The position numbers were made by a program, and so were the translations under genes. The notes beneath the pieces are model-generated. The model saw only the letters and a program-made list of their open reading frames with translations. It did not search any database and was not told the origin of the DNA. A stretch of 32,000 bases of DNA from Lebetimonas natsushimae (GTDB taxonomy: Bacteria; Campylobacterota; Campylobacteria; Campylobacterales; Nautiliaceae): positions 123,528 to 155,527 of the forward strand of contig NZ_BDME01000006.1 of assembly GCF_002335445.1 (NCBI RefSeq), given 5' to 3'. How positions within the stretch are numbered: the first letter of the stretch is position 1; each line of letters opens with the position of its first letter. Positions 17,519 through 25,987 of this stretch are shown here, one piece after another.

Positions 17519-18160
17519 ATGTTTAAAGACAGAACTGAAGCCGGAAAATTGCTTGCAAAAGAGTTGAAAAAACTGCAGGATAAAGGATTAATAACCGATC
17601 CTGTGATAGTTGCGCTTCCAAGGGGCGGGATTCCTGTAGCTGCAGAAATAGCAAAAGAATTAAACGCACCTCTTGATATTTTATTTGTAAAAAAAATACC
17701 CGCTCCCGGGAACGACGAATTTGCAATAGGAAGTGTAAGTGAAAACGGATTGGTATTTGTAAATAAAGATATTGTGGAGAGACTTGGAATAAGTGAGAGT
17801 TATATTCAACAAAAGGCAATGGAAAAAATTCAGGAAATTGCAAGACTAAGAGAAAAATATAAAATAGAACCAAAACTTCTTGAAGGAAAGGATGTAATAT
17901 TGGTGGATGACGGAGTGGCAACGGGAGCCAGTATGTATCTTGCGGCCCAAAGTATTGTAAGAGAATATCCCAAAAGTGTGATAATTGCTGTGCCAGTCGC
18001 TCCAAAAGATGCTGAAGTAGAAAATATGCTAAAAAGTGTTTCTCATAAATTAATAGTATTAGAACAGCCCGAACTGTTTATGAGCGTAGGCAGATGGTAT
18101 GAAGATTTCCATCAATTAAGTGATGAAGAGGTTATAAATATATTATCTCAATTTAAATAA
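17519..18160 (+). CDS. Putative phosphoribosyltransferase (COG1926-type PRTase-domain protein)
   Basis: It begins MFKDRTEAGKLLA, as is typical of this family. The PRPP loop is VILVDDGVATGASM. AAGGGA lies 5 nt upstream of ATG 17519. Confidence 0.8.
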   Translation: MFKDRTEAGKLLAKELKKLQDKGLITDPVIVALPRGGIPVAAEIAKELNAPLDILFVKKIPAPGNDEFAIGSVSENGLVFVNKDIVERLGISESYIQQKAMEKIQEIARLREKYKIEPKLLEGKDVILVDDGVATGASMYLAAQSIVREYPKSVIIAVPVAPKDAEVENMLKSVSHKLIVLEQPELFMSVGRWYEDFHQLSDEEVINILSQFK

Positions 18161-18161
18161 C

Positions 18162-18191
18162 TTGACAAAATTAATTAAATTTAGTTATAAT
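18162..18191 (+). promoter_or_regulatory. Near-consensus sigma70 promoter (TTGACA - 18 nt - TATAAT) for the rhodanese-like gene
   Basis: TTGACA lies at 18162-18167 and TATAAT at 18186-18191. An AAAGGAGG RBS (18214-18221) and ATG 18227 follow. Confidence 0.6.
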
Positions 18192-18226
18192 ATAACAACT
18201 TAAATAAATTAATAAAGGAGGCTGAG

Positions 18227-18640
18227 ATGGCAAAACTAACACCATTCGAGCAAGAAGCAGTAGAAAGATTTAAAGATGCGATTGAACTTAATAAAGAAAA
18301 ACCAGGACTCGGTAATGTAGATGTGGAAAAAGCGAGAGAATTAATTAAAGATTTGGGAGCGGTTGTTTTAGATGTAACACTTCCTAATTTGGTAGAAGGT
18401 GAAAATGCCGAAGAAGCTGGAATTCCAACAGCATATTATACACCATATACTGAATTTACAGATTATATTGACGAATTACCAGATGATAAAACCCAACCAA
18501 TTTTAGTGGTATGTAGAAAAGCTTTTTTTGCAAATAGGGTAAAAGGTCTTTTAGATGTTCTAGGATATAAAAACGTTTATGTTTTAGCAGATGATGTTAA
18601 ATATTTAATAGAAGCACATAAGGCTCATACTGAAGGATAA
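18227..18640 (+). CDS. Rhodanese-like domain protein (non-canonical active-site loop)
   Basis: 137 aa. The layout is rhodanese-like: ...GAVVLDVT... then ILVVCRKAFFANRVKGLLDVLGYKNVYVL. The Cys loop CRKAFFA deviates from the canonical CRxGxR. Confidence 0.68.
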   Translation: MAKLTPFEQEAVERFKDAIELNKEKPGLGNVDVEKARELIKDLGAVVLDVTLPNLVEGENAEEAGIPTAYYTPYTEFTDYIDELPDDKTQPILVVCRKAFFANRVKGLLDVLGYKNVYVLADDVKYLIEAHKAHTEG

Positions 18641-18701
18641 TTCTCTCTTTTTTCTTTTATTCTTAAAAAAGTATCAAATATTATAAAAATAATGTATTAA
18701 A

Positions 18702-18718
18702 AACTCCAAAAAGGAGTT
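18702..18718 (-). terminator. Weak candidate terminator hairpin after argG
   Basis: AACTCC (18702-18707) and GGAGTT (18713-18718) form a 6-bp stem with a 5-nt loop. On the minus strand TTTTAAT follows. The stem is short. Confidence 0.25.
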
Positions 18719-18720
18719 AA

Positions 18721-19926
18721 TTATTTGTTTTTGCCTCTTACATAACCTTCAATAATAAATCTTAAAGCATTTAATTTGATAAATCCTGCAGCATCTTTTT
18801 GATTATATACGCTGTCTTCTTCAAATGTGGCAAATTCAGGGCTAAATAATGAATTCGGAGATTTTCTGCCAACTACATTTACATTGCCTTTGTAAAGTTT
18901 AAGTCTTACAGTCCCACTTGCATTTCTTTGAGTTTCGTCTATCAGTTTTTGAAGTGCCTTTCTCTCAGGTGCAAACCAGAAACCGTTATAAATAAGTTCT
19001 GCATACTTTGGCATTATTTCATCTTTAAGATGAGCTTCTCCCTTATCAAGAGTGATTGATTCAATGGCCCTATGGGCTTTTAGTAAAATAGTTCCTCCCG
19101 GGGTTTCATAACATCCTCTACTTTTCATTCCAACAAATCTGTTTTCTACTATATCAATTCTTCCGATACCGTGTTTTTTGCCGTATTCGTTTAGAGTTTC
19201 AAGAATTTGAGCCGGTGTCATTTTTGCTCCGTTTATTGCAACCGCATCGCCTCTTTCAAAATCAATTTCTATATATTCAGGTTTATCAGGCGCTTTTTCA
19301 GGAGAATTTGTCCATCTCCACATATCTTCTTCCGGTTCTGCCCACGGGTCTTCCAATATTCCGCCTTCGTATGAGATATGCAGTAAATTTGCATCCATTG
19401 AATAAGGGGATTTCTTTCCGTGTTTTTCAATAGGAATACCGTGAGACTCTGCATAAGCCAGCAGTTTTTCGCGGCTGTTTAAATCCCACTCTCTCCAAGG
19501 GGCAATTACTTTAATATCAGGTCTTAGGGCATAATAACCAAGTTCAAATCTTACCTGGTCGTTTCCTTTTCCTGTAGCACCGTGTGCCACCGCATCAGCT
19601 CCAACCTGATTTGCTATTTCAATCTGTCTTTTAGCAATAAGAGGTCTTGCTATTGAAGTTCCGAGCAGATATTCCCCTTCATATATAGCATTTGCCCTAA
19701 ACATAGGAAACACATAATCTCTTACGAATTCTTCCCTTAAATCTTCGATAAAAATATTCTCAGGTTTTACTCCAAGTTTTAGTGCTTTTTCCCTCGCAGC
19801 TTCTACTTCCTCACCTTGACCGATATCAGCGGTAAAAGTTACAACCTCAGCGTTATATTTATCTTGAAGCCATTTTAAAATTACACTTGTATCAAGTCCG
19901 CCTGAATATGCTAAAACAACTTTCAT
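18721..19926 (-). CDS. argG: Argininosuccinate synthase
   Basis: 401 aa. It has the N-terminal ATP-binding motif AYSGGLDTS and conserved [13 protein letters not shown] and [14 protein letters not shown] regions. Confidence 0.96.
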   Translation of the reverse strand: MKVVLAYSGGLDTSVILKWLQDKYNAEVVTFTADIGQGEEVEAAREKALKLGVKPENIFIEDLREEFVRDYVFPMFRANAIYEGEYLLGTSIARPLIAKRQIEIANQVGADAVAHGATGKGNDQVRFELGYYALRPDIKVIAPWREWDLNSREKLLAYAESHGIPIEKHGKKSPYSMDANLLHISYEGGILEDPWAEPEEDMWRWTNSPEKAPDKPEYIEIDFERGDAVAINGAKMTPAQILETLNEYGKKHGIGRIDIVENRFVGMKSRGCYETPGGTILLKAHRAIESITLDKGEAHLKDEIMPKYAELIYNGFWFAPERKALQKLIDETQRNASGTVRLKLYKGNVNVVGRKSPNSLFSPEFATFEEDSVYNQKDAAGFIKLNALRFIIEGYVRGKNK

Positions 19927-19979
19927 AAATATCCTTTTTTAGTGCAATTATAGTATAATTTGACTAAAAAAGGGATAGT

Positions 19980-20225
19980 TTGAGGATTGATAAATTTTTA
20001 AATTCCGTTAATATTGTAAAAAGACGCTCAATTGCAGATGAGATGTGTAAAGAAGGAGTTGTTTTTATTAACGGAAAAAAGGCAAAACCTTCAAAAGATG
20101 TAAAAGTAGGGGATAAAATAGAAATTCATTATTTAAGCGGAGTAAAAAAATTTGAAGTTTTGAAATTACCTGAAACTAAAACAATTCCAAAAAGTAAAAA
20201 AAACGAATATGTTAAGGAGATATAA
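19980..20225 (+). CDS. S4-domain RNA-binding protein (Hsp15/YbcJ-like small protein)
   Basis: 81 aa. The S4 motif is RIDKFLNSVNIVKRRSIADEMCKEGVVFINGKKAKPSKDVKVGDKIEI. The start is TTG, preceded by AGGGA, and there is no in-frame ATG near the N-terminus. TAATG overlap with proS. Confidence 0.75.
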   Translation: MRIDKFLNSVNIVKRRSIADEMCKEGVVFINGKKAKPSKDVKVGDKIEIHYLSGVKKFEVLKLPETKTIPKSKKNEYVKEI

Positions 20226-21952
20226 TGAGATGGAGCAGATTTTTTTTATATACACTTAAAGAAACGCCAAAAGACGCGGTAACACCTAGTCATATTTATT
20301 TAGTAAGGGGCGGATATATCAAACAGGTTGCGGCCGGAATTTATGATTTTACTCCTATTGGGAAAATGGTGCTTGATAACATAAGAGCGATTATAAAAGA
20401 AGAAATGGATAAAGCAGGTGCGCAGGAAGTAATGCTTAGTTTCATAACTCCTTACGAGCTTTGGGAAGAGACAGGCAGGGCTAAAAAATACGGAGATGAA
20501 CTGCTTAGAATTGAAGATAGAAAAGGCCAGAAATTTGTTCTCTCACCTACAAATGAAGAAAGTGTTGTGGATTTAGTCAGAAATTATGTAAAAAGCTATA
20601 AACAGCTTCCGGTAAATCTTTATCAAATCAATTTAAAATTCAGAGATGAGGCAAGACCTAGATTTGGACTGCTTAGAGGCCGCGAATTTATAATGAAAGA
20701 TGCATATTCTTTCCATGCAACTAGGGATGATTTAGACAGGGAATTTAATTTAATGCAGGAAACTTATGAAAAAATCTTCTCAAAAATGGGGCTTGATTTC
20801 AGGGTGGTTGAGGCAGACAGCGGTGCAATTGGCGGAACCGGAAGCCGTGAATTTATGGTACTTGCAAATACCGGTGAAGATGATATTGTAGTATGCAGTG
20901 AGTGTAACTATGCGGCAAATATAGAAGTTGCTAAAAGAAATCATATAAAAAAGGAAAATCCGGTTAAAACCCAAGAAATTGAAGAAATTTATACTCCAGA
21001 TATCAAAACAATTGATGAGGTAAGTAAATTTACAGAAACTCCTAAAGATTTTATTGTTAAAGCAGTTGTTAAAAAGGCTGTGTTTGATAATGGAGAGGAA
21101 GAAATAGTCGTATTTTTCTTAAGAGGAAATGACGAACTTGAAGAGACTAAAGCAAAAAATGCAGTCGGTGCGATTGACTTAGTTGATGCAAGTGAGGAAG
21201 AGATTGAAAAAGCTGGGCTTATCCCTGGATATATTGGACCTTTTGGATTGCCAAGTAATATAAAATATATAATAGATGATGATTTAAGAATGGCTGAGGA
21301 ACTTGTATGCGGGGCTAATAAAAAAGATTATCATATAAAAGGGGCAGGACTGCTTGATGCAAATCTGCTTGGAAATTTAACAATCTATAGAGACATTGCA
21401 AAAGTAAAAGAAGGTGATTTGTGCCCTAAATGCGGTGCACCTCTTAAAATTACAAAAGGAATTGAGGTAGGACATATTTTTAAATTAGGCACTGCTTACA
21501 GTGAGCCTATGAATGCAACTTTTCTTGATGAAAACGGAAAAGCAAAACCTTTTATTATGGGATGTTACGGAATAGGGGTTAGCAGACTTATTGCCGCTGC
21601 AATTGAGCAAAATCACGATGATAGAGGAATAATTTGGCCAAAAGAGATAGCACCGTTTGTTGTAGATATAATTGTGGGAGATGTTAAAAAAACAGACCAG
21701 GTTGAATTTGCCGAAAAACTTTATGAAGATTTGGTAAATGCAGGAGTTAAAACAATTTTAGATGACAGAACTGAGAGATTTGGACCAAAAATTGCAGATT
21801 TTGAATTAGTTGGTTTTCCTGTTGGTGTAATTGTAGGTAAAAAATTAAAAAATGGAAAAGTTGAGGTTAGGGATAGAAAAACAGGGGAAAAATTTGAAGT
21901 GGATAAAGACGTAGTGTTTGAAAAAGTAATGGAACTTATAAATAAGGATTGA
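20225..21952 (+). CDS. proS: Prolyl-tRNA synthetase (bacterial type with an editing insertion)
   Basis: 575 aa. The class II motifs are FRDEARPRFGLLRGREFIMKDAYSF and GCYGIGVSRLIAA. An anticodon-binding C-terminal domain is present. Confidence 0.96.
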   Translation: MRWSRFFLYTLKETPKDAVTPSHIYLVRGGYIKQVAAGIYDFTPIGKMVLDNIRAIIKEEMDKAGAQEVMLSFITPYELWEETGRAKKYGDELLRIEDRKGQKFVLSPTNEESVVDLVRNYVKSYKQLPVNLYQINLKFRDEARPRFGLLRGREFIMKDAYSFHATRDDLDREFNLMQETYEKIFSKMGLDFRVVEADSGAIGGTGSREFMVLANTGEDDIVVCSECNYAANIEVAKRNHIKKENPVKTQEIEEIYTPDIKTIDEVSKFTETPKDFIVKAVVKKAVFDNGEEEIVVFFLRGNDELEETKAKNAVGAIDLVDASEEEIEKAGLIPGYIGPFGLPSNIKYIIDDDLRMAEELVCGANKKDYHIKGAGLLDANLLGNLTIYRDIAKVKEGDLCPKCGAPLKITKGIEVGHIFKLGTAYSEPMNATFLDENGKAKPFIMGCYGIGVSRLIAAAIEQNHDDRGIIWPKEIAPFVVDIIVGDVKKTDQVEFAEKLYEDLVNAGVKTILDDRTERFGPKIADFELVGFPVGVIVGKKLKNGKVEVRDRKTGEKFEVDKDVVFEKVMELINKD

Positions 21953-21953
21953 T

Positions 21954-22373
21954 ATGGGATTAATTTATTTTTTAGTTTATCTTTTTTTAGAGATATTATT
22001 CTCATATGAATTTATGAAAGTTTTTACTCCTTTTGGATTTTTTTTAGAAATACTTTTTACTGCCGCAGTTGGAGTTTATATTCTCCAAACTCTTGATTTG
22101 TCTTTAAGTAGCAATATGCAAAAACTAATGAGAAGGGAAATAACCCAGGAGGAATTTTTATCTATCGGACTTTTTAAATTAATTGGGGCAGTTTTACTTA
22201 TTGTTCCAGGTTTTTTTAGTGATATTATAGGAGTTTTGTTTTTATTTGAACCGTTTGCAAGATTTATTGCAAAAAAACTTTTTCCATCAAGAAATTTCTA
22301 TCATAAAACTTACACAAACGATGATGATATTATAGATGTAGAAATAATAGAGGAAATTCCTAAAAAAGATTAA
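21954..22373 (+). CDS. fxsA: FxsA-family membrane protein
   Basis: 139 aa. It has hydrophobic N-terminal helices and the signature LLIVPGFFSDIIGVLFLFEP (compare PGFFTDxxGLLLLLP in E. coli FxsA). Confidence 0.78.
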   Translation: MGLIYFLVYLFLEILFSYEFMKVFTPFGFFLEILFTAAVGVYILQTLDLSLSSNMQKLMRREITQEEFLSIGLFKLIGAVLLIVPGFFSDIIGVLFLFEPFARFIAKKLFPSRNFYHKTYTNDDDIIDVEIIEEIPKKD

Positions 22374-22480
22374 TCCACTCTTTTTCTCCTTTTGTGTGTA
22401 AAAAATAAACACTCATTCATTAAATTTTCTTATATTTCTCAAAATATTTAATAAAAATTAAATTTATGTTTAAAATATGA

Positions 22481-25400
22481 ATGAATAATCATAAAGGAGC
22501 AGGAGTGGAAGGTGTAATTTTTTTATTTTTACTTATAATTTTCTCACTCAAGGTGTTTGCTTTAATAAACAAAGAAAACGTAAAAAGCTCGTTTATTATC
22601 GCAAGTGGTGCGGAAATTTTGTATCTGGGTGTGGCGCTTCTTGGCAGCAGTGCATTAAGCGCTGTAATTTTACACCTTGAATATCAGTTTGTATTTAGGG
22701 TTTTGGCTTTTTTGATGCTTTTTGAATTTTTTAAGTTTAAAAATTCTGTTAAACTCAGTGATTTGGCCGGAGTTGGATTTAACAAATGGGGTGTGATTTT
22801 CGGATTTTCAATATTTGGAAGTCTTGGAATTTCATTAATTACCTCAAAACAGCTTATATTAAATTCCATTACAGCTTCAGGAATGTTTGAGCTTGGATAT
22901 TTGATTGTGGCAATTAATATTGTTCAGGCAATTTATTTAATTTCTATTTTTGAAACAATTGTTTTCAAAAAAGGAGAAAGTTTAAAAAATATTTCTAATA
23001 AAATACTTATATCTGTTTTTACATTTGCAGGTATATTGGTCTTTTTACTTCCGCAGATTTATTTAATATTACCTGCAAAATTTAGTAATATCAATGCTTA
23101 TCATATAAGTTTTGATTTTAATTATCACGGTATAAACGGTGTTTTTGCATTACTTTTTGCTTTTATAATGTCAATGGTTTTTATTTATTCACTAGATTAT
23201 ATTAAAAAATATAAGGCTTTTTATTATTCTTTTTTGGCTATTTTAACACTTGCTTTAATTGAAATACCATTAAGCAGCAGTTTTGAGAGTTTTTATCTTT
23301 TCTGGGAGACTATGACAATTACTTCATATTTATTGATTATGCATTCAAGAAGTGACGAGTCAATAAAAGCGGCTAAACTTTATTTTGTTATGTGTATTGC
23401 CGGGGCATATTTCTTACAGCTTACATTTTCACATTTTTATTCTTTAGGAATAGAAAGTTTCAGTGAAATAGTAAATGTTTCTTTAACTGTTGCCGTATTA
23501 ATGTTAATAGGTTTTGGTGTAAAAGCGGGTATAGTGCCTATTCATCAATGGCTACCTGTTGCGCATCCTGCAGCACCAAGCAGTATTTCAGCCCCACTTT
23601 CTGGTATTTTAACAAAAGCGGGAATTTTTGGAATTATTGTTTTGGTTTATGTTTTAGGATTTCAAAATAAAATTTTTTCTTATTTATTAGTAACTTTAGG
23701 TTTAATTACACTTTTTTACGGAGAAATTAAAACATTATATGAAAAAGACATAAAAAGACTTTTTGCATATTCAACTATAGGGCAAATTGGTGAAATTGTC
23801 ACCGTTTTAGGCCTTATGAGCACTGCGGCATTAAGCGGTGCAATCTATCATGTAATTAACCATGCGGTTGTTAAAGATTTATTGTTTTTAAGTGCGGGCT
23901 TACTGATATTAAGTAGTGGAAGCAGAAATCTTGATGATTTGAAAGGAATAGGAAAAAAACTGCCGTTTTTAGCTTTCCCGTTGGGTGTTGGTGTTTTTGC
24001 TTTAAGTGCATTTCCTCCGTTTGGAAATTTTAATTCAAAATTTTTAATGATATACGCAGCTGCTGAGCAGAATAATTATATTGTTGCATTTTCCCTAATA
24101 ATTGCTGGACTTATAGGTTTTGTAGCGATGCTGAGAGTGTTTAGGTATATTTTTTTAATGAATCCACAAAGGGAATTTTCAGAAGTTAAAGGAATAAAAG
24201 TAATAGCTGTATATCTTTTAGCTTTTGTTTCATTACTGCTTGGTATTTTTCCTCAGAGCGTTATTGATTTTATTGCAGCAGCTATAAATTCTACGTTAAA
24301 AGTTAATGTTCATTTGCCTCATTTTATATTACAGTTTCCGTTAAGTGTTTTAGTTATGATAATAGGGGCAATAATTGTTTACCTGTTTGGAAAAACAAGT
24401 AAAACAGCCGGAATCAGTGCTGCTGGATTTTCATTTTTAGCTCTTTTAACAGTATTTGCTGATAAATTCAGTTTTGGCAGCTTTTTTGCAGGTTTGGTTT
24501 TATTTATGGCAATTCTAAATTTCCTTTTTGCCGCAAGATATATGGACCATTCCCATAAATCATACAGATTTTTTGCCAATTTTATGATAATGATTGTCGG
24601 AATTTTGGGTGTGGCTTTGAGTGAAAATATTTATTCAATGTTTTTTTACTGGGAAATAATGGGCGGATGGGCGTTATATATCGCTCTTGTGCATGAAGAA
24701 GATGCATACTCAATTCAGGAAGCTACAAAATATCTGTTATACAATTATGCTGGTGCCGGTGTAATAATGATAGGTTTAGGTATTGTAATGCAATTTGGAA
24801 ATAGTATTGAAATAATAAAACATATTCCTCTTACAAATGAAATAATCTTTGCTTTGGTTTTATTAACTGTTGGTTTCTTAGCAAAAGCGGCCCAGCTTCC
24901 TGTAAGAATTGATTATCAGATGCACCCAAAACCGGCTCCAACTCCTATAAGTGGGTATATCTCTTCTGTTATGCTAAAAACAGGACCTTTTATGTTTGTA
25001 ATGGTTATGTATTTGGCTGCTGCTGGTGTAAGTGCATCTAAATTGTTTGTGATAGATAGTATAGGACATTTTGCAGCTATTGTTGGTGTAATTACTATTC
25101 TTATGGGTGCGAGTTTCGGACTATTAACTAATTCCATGAAAAGACTTTTAATTTTCTTAACAGTGGGTGAAATAGGTTATATTTTTGCCGGCGTTTCTTT
25201 AATGACGTCCCAGGGGTTAGCAGGTGGGCTTTTGCATTTAATAAACCATATGTTTTTTAAAGATTTGCTATTTTTAAGTGCTGGGGCCATTTTTTATAAA
25301 ACCGGAATAGATTCATTAAATGATCTCGGGGGAATTGCTAGAAAAATGCCAGTTACTTTTGCCGTATTTATGATAGCTGTTTTTTCAACAGCAGGTGTTC

Positions 25401-25987
25401 CAATGTTTAGCGGTTTTGTCTCTAAATGGATAATCTATCATGCATTGATGTCAAAAGGATATGACTTTTTAGCTATCCTAACCATTCTCGGAAGTGTTAT
25501 GATTTTACTTGTATTTGTAAAATTTATGCACAGTGCATATTTTGGAAAAATAGACAAAAAATTTGAAAATATCAAAGATGTTGATTGGTATATGTCTTTA
25601 CCTATGATGATTTTGGCAATTTTAAACATTATTTTAGGAATATTCCCTTATTTTGCTTTAAAACCGATAAACTTAATAATTCAAAGTTTTGGATATAAAC
25701 AAATATGTATTTCATTAAGTTCAGTTTGTATTGGTGGTGATATTCTTAATTTATTCACACTTTCAATTTATACATTGTTGGCTATTGCAATAGGTTATTT
25801 AATGTTTGTTTATAACAGAAAAATCAGAAAAACGCATATTTTCCTTTCAGGTGTTAGGGATTTAAGTGAAAGGGAACTTCATATAAATGCCAAAAATTTT
25901 TATGAAAGCGTTACAGAACTTATAAAGACAATTATTTATTTTGTAAAAAAAATATTTGGATTGAAAGGAGGCTATGTTGAGCGCTAA
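22481..25987 (+). CDS. Group 4 hydrogenase membrane subunit with two fused NuoL/M/N-type antiporter-like modules (CooM/HyfB-like)
   Basis: 1168 aa, polytopic. Module 1: LFWETMT ... GVKAGIVPIHQWLPVAHPAAPSSISAPLSGILTKAG ... HVINHAVVKDLLFLSAG. Module 2: FYWEIMG ... LAKAAQLPVRIDYQMHPKPAPTPISGYISSVMLKTG ... HLINHMFFKDLLFLSAG. An alternative start, GTG 22505, lies 5 nt after AAGGAG (22494-22499) and may be the true start. Confidence 0.88.
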   Translation: MNNHKGAGVEGVIFLFLLIIFSLKVFALINKENVKSSFIIASGAEILYLGVALLGSSALSAVILHLEYQFVFRVLAFLMLFEFFKFKNSVKLSDLAGVGFNKWGVIFGFSIFGSLGISLITSKQLILNSITASGMFELGYLIVAINIVQAIYLISIFETIVFKKGESLKNISNKILISVFTFAGILVFLLPQIYLILPAKFSNINAYHISFDFNYHGINGVFALLFAFIMSMVFIYSLDYIKKYKAFYYSFLAILTLALIEIPLSSSFESFYLFWETMTITSYLLIMHSRSDESIKAAKLYFVMCIAGAYFLQLTFSHFYSLGIESFSEIVNVSLTVAVLMLIGFGVKAGIVPIHQWLPVAHPAAPSSISAPLSGILTKAGIFGIIVLVYVLGFQNKIFSYLLVTLGLITLFYGEIKTLYEKDIKRLFAYSTIGQIGEIVTVLGLMSTAALSGAIYHVINHAVVKDLLFLSAGLLILSSGSRNLDDLKGIGKKLPFLAFPLGVGVFALSAFPPFGNFNSKFLMIYAAAEQNNYIVAFSLIIAGLIGFVAMLRVFRYIFLMNPQREFSEVKGIKVIAVYLLAFVSLLLGIFPQSVIDFIAAAINSTLKVNVHLPHFILQFPLSVLVMIIGAIIVYLFGKTSKTAGISAAGFSFLALLTVFADKFSFGSFFAGLVLFMAILNFLFAARYMDHSHKSYRFFANFMIMIVGILGVALSENIYSMFFYWEIMGGWALYIALVHEEDAYSIQEATKYLLYNYAGAGVIMIGLGIVMQFGNSIEIIKHIPLTNEIIFALVLLTVGFLAKAAQLPVRIDYQMHPKPAPTPISGYISSVMLKTGPFMFVMVMYLAAAGVSASKLFVIDSIGHFAAIVGVITILMGASFGLLTNSMKRLLIFLTVGEIGYIFAGVSLMTSQGLAGGLLHLINHMFFKDLLFLSAGAIFYKTGIDSLNDLGGIARKMPVTFAVFMIAVFSTAGVPMFSGFVSKWIIYHALMSKGYDFLAILTILGSVMILLVFVKFMHSAYFGKIDKKFENIKDVDWYMSLPMMILAILNIILGIFPYFALKPINLIIQSFGYKQICISLSSVCIGGDILNLFTLSIYTLLAIAIGYLMFVYNRKIRKTHIFLSGVRDLSERELHINAKNFYESVTELIKTIIYFVKKIFGLKGGYVER

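Noticed and set aside
17523-18005. 160-aa minus-strand ORF opposite the phosphoribosyltransferase gene
   Set aside because: It is an antisense shadow ORF. The Leu/Gln/Pro-rich sequence has no motif, while the sense strand has the PRPP loop.
21954-22373. FxsA (known from phage T7 exclusion relief in E. coli) and DedA, considered as hints of a phage-defence island
   Set aside because: Both are single, widely conserved housekeeping membrane proteins embedded in core genes (proS, trpB, pepA). No nucleases, ATPases, toxins or other defence-type genes are nearby.
22446-22463. Inverted repeat ATTTAAT-aaaa-ATTAAAT upstream of the hydrogenase operon, considered as a NikR- or Fur-like operator. The nearby ATGAATGAATAATCAT is vaguely Fur-box-like.
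   Set aside because: It consists entirely of A/T bases in an AT-rich promoter region, so a chance palindrome is likely. There is no second copy and no match I can defend to a defined operator consensus.
22413-22484. 8-bp inverted repeat TCATTCAT ... ATGAATGA separated by 56 nt upstream of the hydrogenase operon
   Set aside because: The repeat is short, AT-rich and widely spaced, and it cannot be extended. This is consistent with chance.
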